Assembly: GCF_009914755.1 (NCBI RefSeq)
Contig: NC_060930.1
Reading direction: 5' to 3' (one strand)
DNA: 64,000 nt
From: the human T2T-CHM13v2.0 reference genome, Homo sapiens
Shown here: positions 61,435 through 64,000 of the stretch, piece after piece
How the letters are laid out: each line of letters begins with the position of its first letter
How positions within the stretch are numbered: position 1 is the first letter of the stretch
Translations under genes and position numbers: made by a program
The notes under the pieces: model-generated
The model's input: only the letters and a program-made list of their open reading frames with translations
Databases searched by the model: none
What the model was told of the DNA's origin: nothing

Positions 61435-61725
61435 TTTCTATTTTTTTTTTTTTAGATGGAGTCTTGCTCTGTCACCCAGGCTGGAGTACAGTGGCGCGAT
61501 CTTGGCTCACTCTAAGCTCCGCCTCCCGGGTTCACAACATTCTCCTGCCTCAGCCTCCTCAGTAGCTGGGACTACAAGCGCCCACCACCATGCCTGGCTA
61601 ATTTTTTGTACTTTTAGTAGAGATGGGGTTTCACCATGTTAGCCAGGATGGTCTCGATCTCCTCACCTCGTGATCTGCTGGCCTTGGCCTCCCAAAGTGC
61701 TGGAATTACAGGCATGAGCTGCGGC
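61435..61725 (-). mobile_element. Alu (AluY/Sc8-like), last few 5' bases missing
   Basis: Dimeric Alu with aagctcc, ttagccaggatgg and cctcgtgat diagnostics. Confidence 0.93.
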
Positions 61726-64000
61726 GAGGAAGAAGCAGAGGAAGAAGCAGGCTGCCATCTTTGATGTTTTGCAGCTTTCACTGGTGATACCTTCAGGTAT
61801 GGGAAAAACTGAGGCAACTAGGGTCTGAAGCAGACCCAAGCAAACCACAGCAGGACTATAGACAAGTGGCCTGACCATAAAAAACAAACAAACAAACAAA
61901 CAAACAAACAGAAAACAACAATAATATCAACAAAAAGAACCCACAAAAACCCCATTCAATGGTTTGCAACCTCAAAGATCAAAGGTAGATAAGGCCACAA
62001 AGATGAGAAAGAATCAATGCAAAAATGCTGAAAACTCAAAAAGCCAGAGAGCCTCTTCTCCAAATGACCACAACACCTCCCCAAGGAGGTCAAAGAACTG
62101 TGCTGAGGCTGAAATGGCTGAATTGACAGAAGTAGACTTCAGAAGGTACGTAATAACAAACTTTGCTAAGCTAAAGGAGCAAGCTGTAAAACAATTGCAA
62201 AGAAGCTAAGAATTATAATAAAACAATACAGAAGCTGCACTGCACTCCAGCCTGGCAACAGAGAAAGACTCCATCTCAAAAACAAACAAACAAACAAACA
62301 AACAAAAAAACAACAATACAGAAGCTGATAGGCAGAATAGCCAGTTTAGAGAGGAACATAACTGACCTGATGGAGCTGAAAAACTCAATACGAGAACGTC
62401 ACAATGCAATCAGAAGTATCAATAGCAGAATAGACTGAGTGGATGAAAGACAGAGCTTGAAGACTATCTTTTGAAATAAGATAGGCATACAAGAATAGAG
62501 AAAAAAGAATGAAAAAGAATGAACAATACCTCTGATTAATATGGGATTATTTAAAGAGAGCAGACCTATGACTGATTGGGGTACCTGAAGGAGAGGGAGA
62601 ATGGAACGAAGTTGTAAACTTGAATATCATCCAGAAGAACTTCCCCAACCTAGCAACACAGGCCAATATTCAAATTCAGGAAATGTAGAGAACCCCAGTA
62701 AGATACTCCATGAGAAGATCAACCCCAAGGCACATAATCATCAGATTTTCCAAGGTTGAAGTGAAAGAAAAGTAATTTAAGGGCAAGCCAGAGAGAAAGA
62801 CCAGGTCACCTGCAAAGCAAAGCCTATCAGACTAGTGGAGAACCTCTCAGTGGAAACCCTATAAGCCAGGAGAGATTGGGGGCCAATATTCAATATTGTT
62901 AAAGAAAAGAACTTCTAATCCAGAATTTCATATCTGACCAAACTAAGCTTCATAAATGATGGAGAAATAAGATCATTTTCAGACAAGCAAATGTGGAGGG
63001 AATTTGTCACCACCAGGCCTATATCACAAGAGCTTCTTAAAAATAGACTAAATATGGAAAGAAAAAACCATTACCAGCCACTGTAAAAACACACTGAAGT
63101 ACAGACCAGTGATACTATGAAGCAACCATGTGAACAGTCTGCAAAATAATCAGCTAGCATCATGATGAAAGGATCAAATTTACATATAACAATACTAACT
63201 TTAAAGGTAAATGGACTCATTGCCCCAATTAAAAGACAGAATGGCAAGCTGGATAAAGAGCCTAGACCCATAGGTATGTTGTCTTCAAGAGACCCATCTC
63301 ATGTGCAAAGACACACATAGGCTCAAAATAAAGGGATGGAGGAGAATTTACCAAGCAAACGGAAAACGAAAAAGCAGGGGTTGTAATCCTAGTTTGTGAC
63401 AAAATAGACTTTAAACCAACAAAGATCAAAATGGACAAAGAAAGGCAATACATAATGGTAAAGGGTTAAACTCAACAAGAAGAGCTAACTATCATAAATA
63501 TATATGCACCCAATACAGGAACAACCAGATTCATAAAACAAGTTCTTAGAGACCTACAAGGAGACTTAGGACTCCCATACAATAGTAGTGGGAGACTTTA
63601 ACATTGCACTGACAATATTAGACAGATAATCTAAACAGAAAATTAACAAAGTTATTCAGGACCTGAACTCAGCTCTGTATCAAGTGGACCTGATAGATAT
63701 ATACAGAAATCTCCACCCCAAAACAAGAGCATATACATTCTTCTCATCGTGACATGGCACTTATTCTAAAATTGAGCACATAATCAAGTAAAACATTCCT
63801 CAGCAAATGCAAAAGAACTGAAATCATAACAGTGTCTCAGACCACAGTGCAATCAAATTTGATCTCAAGATTAAGAAATTCACGAAAAATCACACAACTA
63901 CATGGAAATTGAACAACTGATCCTGAATGACTTTTGGGTAAATAAGGCAGAAATTAAGAAGTTTTTTGAAACTAATTAGAACAAAGAGACAATGTACCAG
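61726..64000 (+). mobile_element. Older primate L1 (L1PA13-16/L1PB-like): end of 5'UTR, decayed ORF1 (ATG 62003), start of ORF2 endonuclease (ATG ~63165); runs off the window
   Basis: MRKNQCKNAENSKSQ ORF1 start; atgaaaggatcaaatttacatataacaatacta resembles the MTGSNSHITIL ORF2 start; many stops and frameshifts. Confidence 0.92.
62238..62311 (+). mobile_element. Severely 5'-truncated Alu (40 bp + (AAAC)n tail) nested in L1 ORF1
   Basis: cactgcactccagcctggcaacagagaaagactccatctc flanked by perfect 16-bp TSD aacaatacagaagctg (62222-62237, 62312-62327). Confidence 0.93.

Overview
AT-rich primate (human-like) genomic DNA containing the 3' end of the STAR-family RNA-binding protein gene KHDRBS2 (SLM-1) on the minus strand. 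It holds the 59-nt penultimate coding exon (35919-35977), the last coding exon (coding part 19687-19784, ending ...GGYREHPYGRY*) and a ~1 kb 3'UTR with several AATAAA signals. The rest is intron and downstream flank filled with interspersed repeats: three young 5'-truncated L1PA copies (one 5'-inverted with a clean TSD), older L1s, Alu/FAM, MaLR/ERVL LTRs, MER5/MER58 DNA elements, and L2, L3 and MIR fragments. All long ORFs in the track are L1 remnants; the short ORFs look like chance ORFs. The most interesting signal is a compact RNA-processing switch at the gene's 3' end. It consists of a strongly defined 61-nt exon beyond the poly(A) signal with stops in all three frames, a donor 76 nt after the stop codon, a second donor just past the poly(A) signal that can fold onto a U1-like sequence, a UAA-dense block, and a competing donor inside the penultimate exon that would delete the PY-NLS. 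Splicing-coupled NMD control of SLM genes is known in mouse, so this is probably the primate form of a known circuit with some details worth testing. I see no support for a wholly new protein-coding system. Repeat subfamily names and the boundaries of old repeats were assigned by eye.
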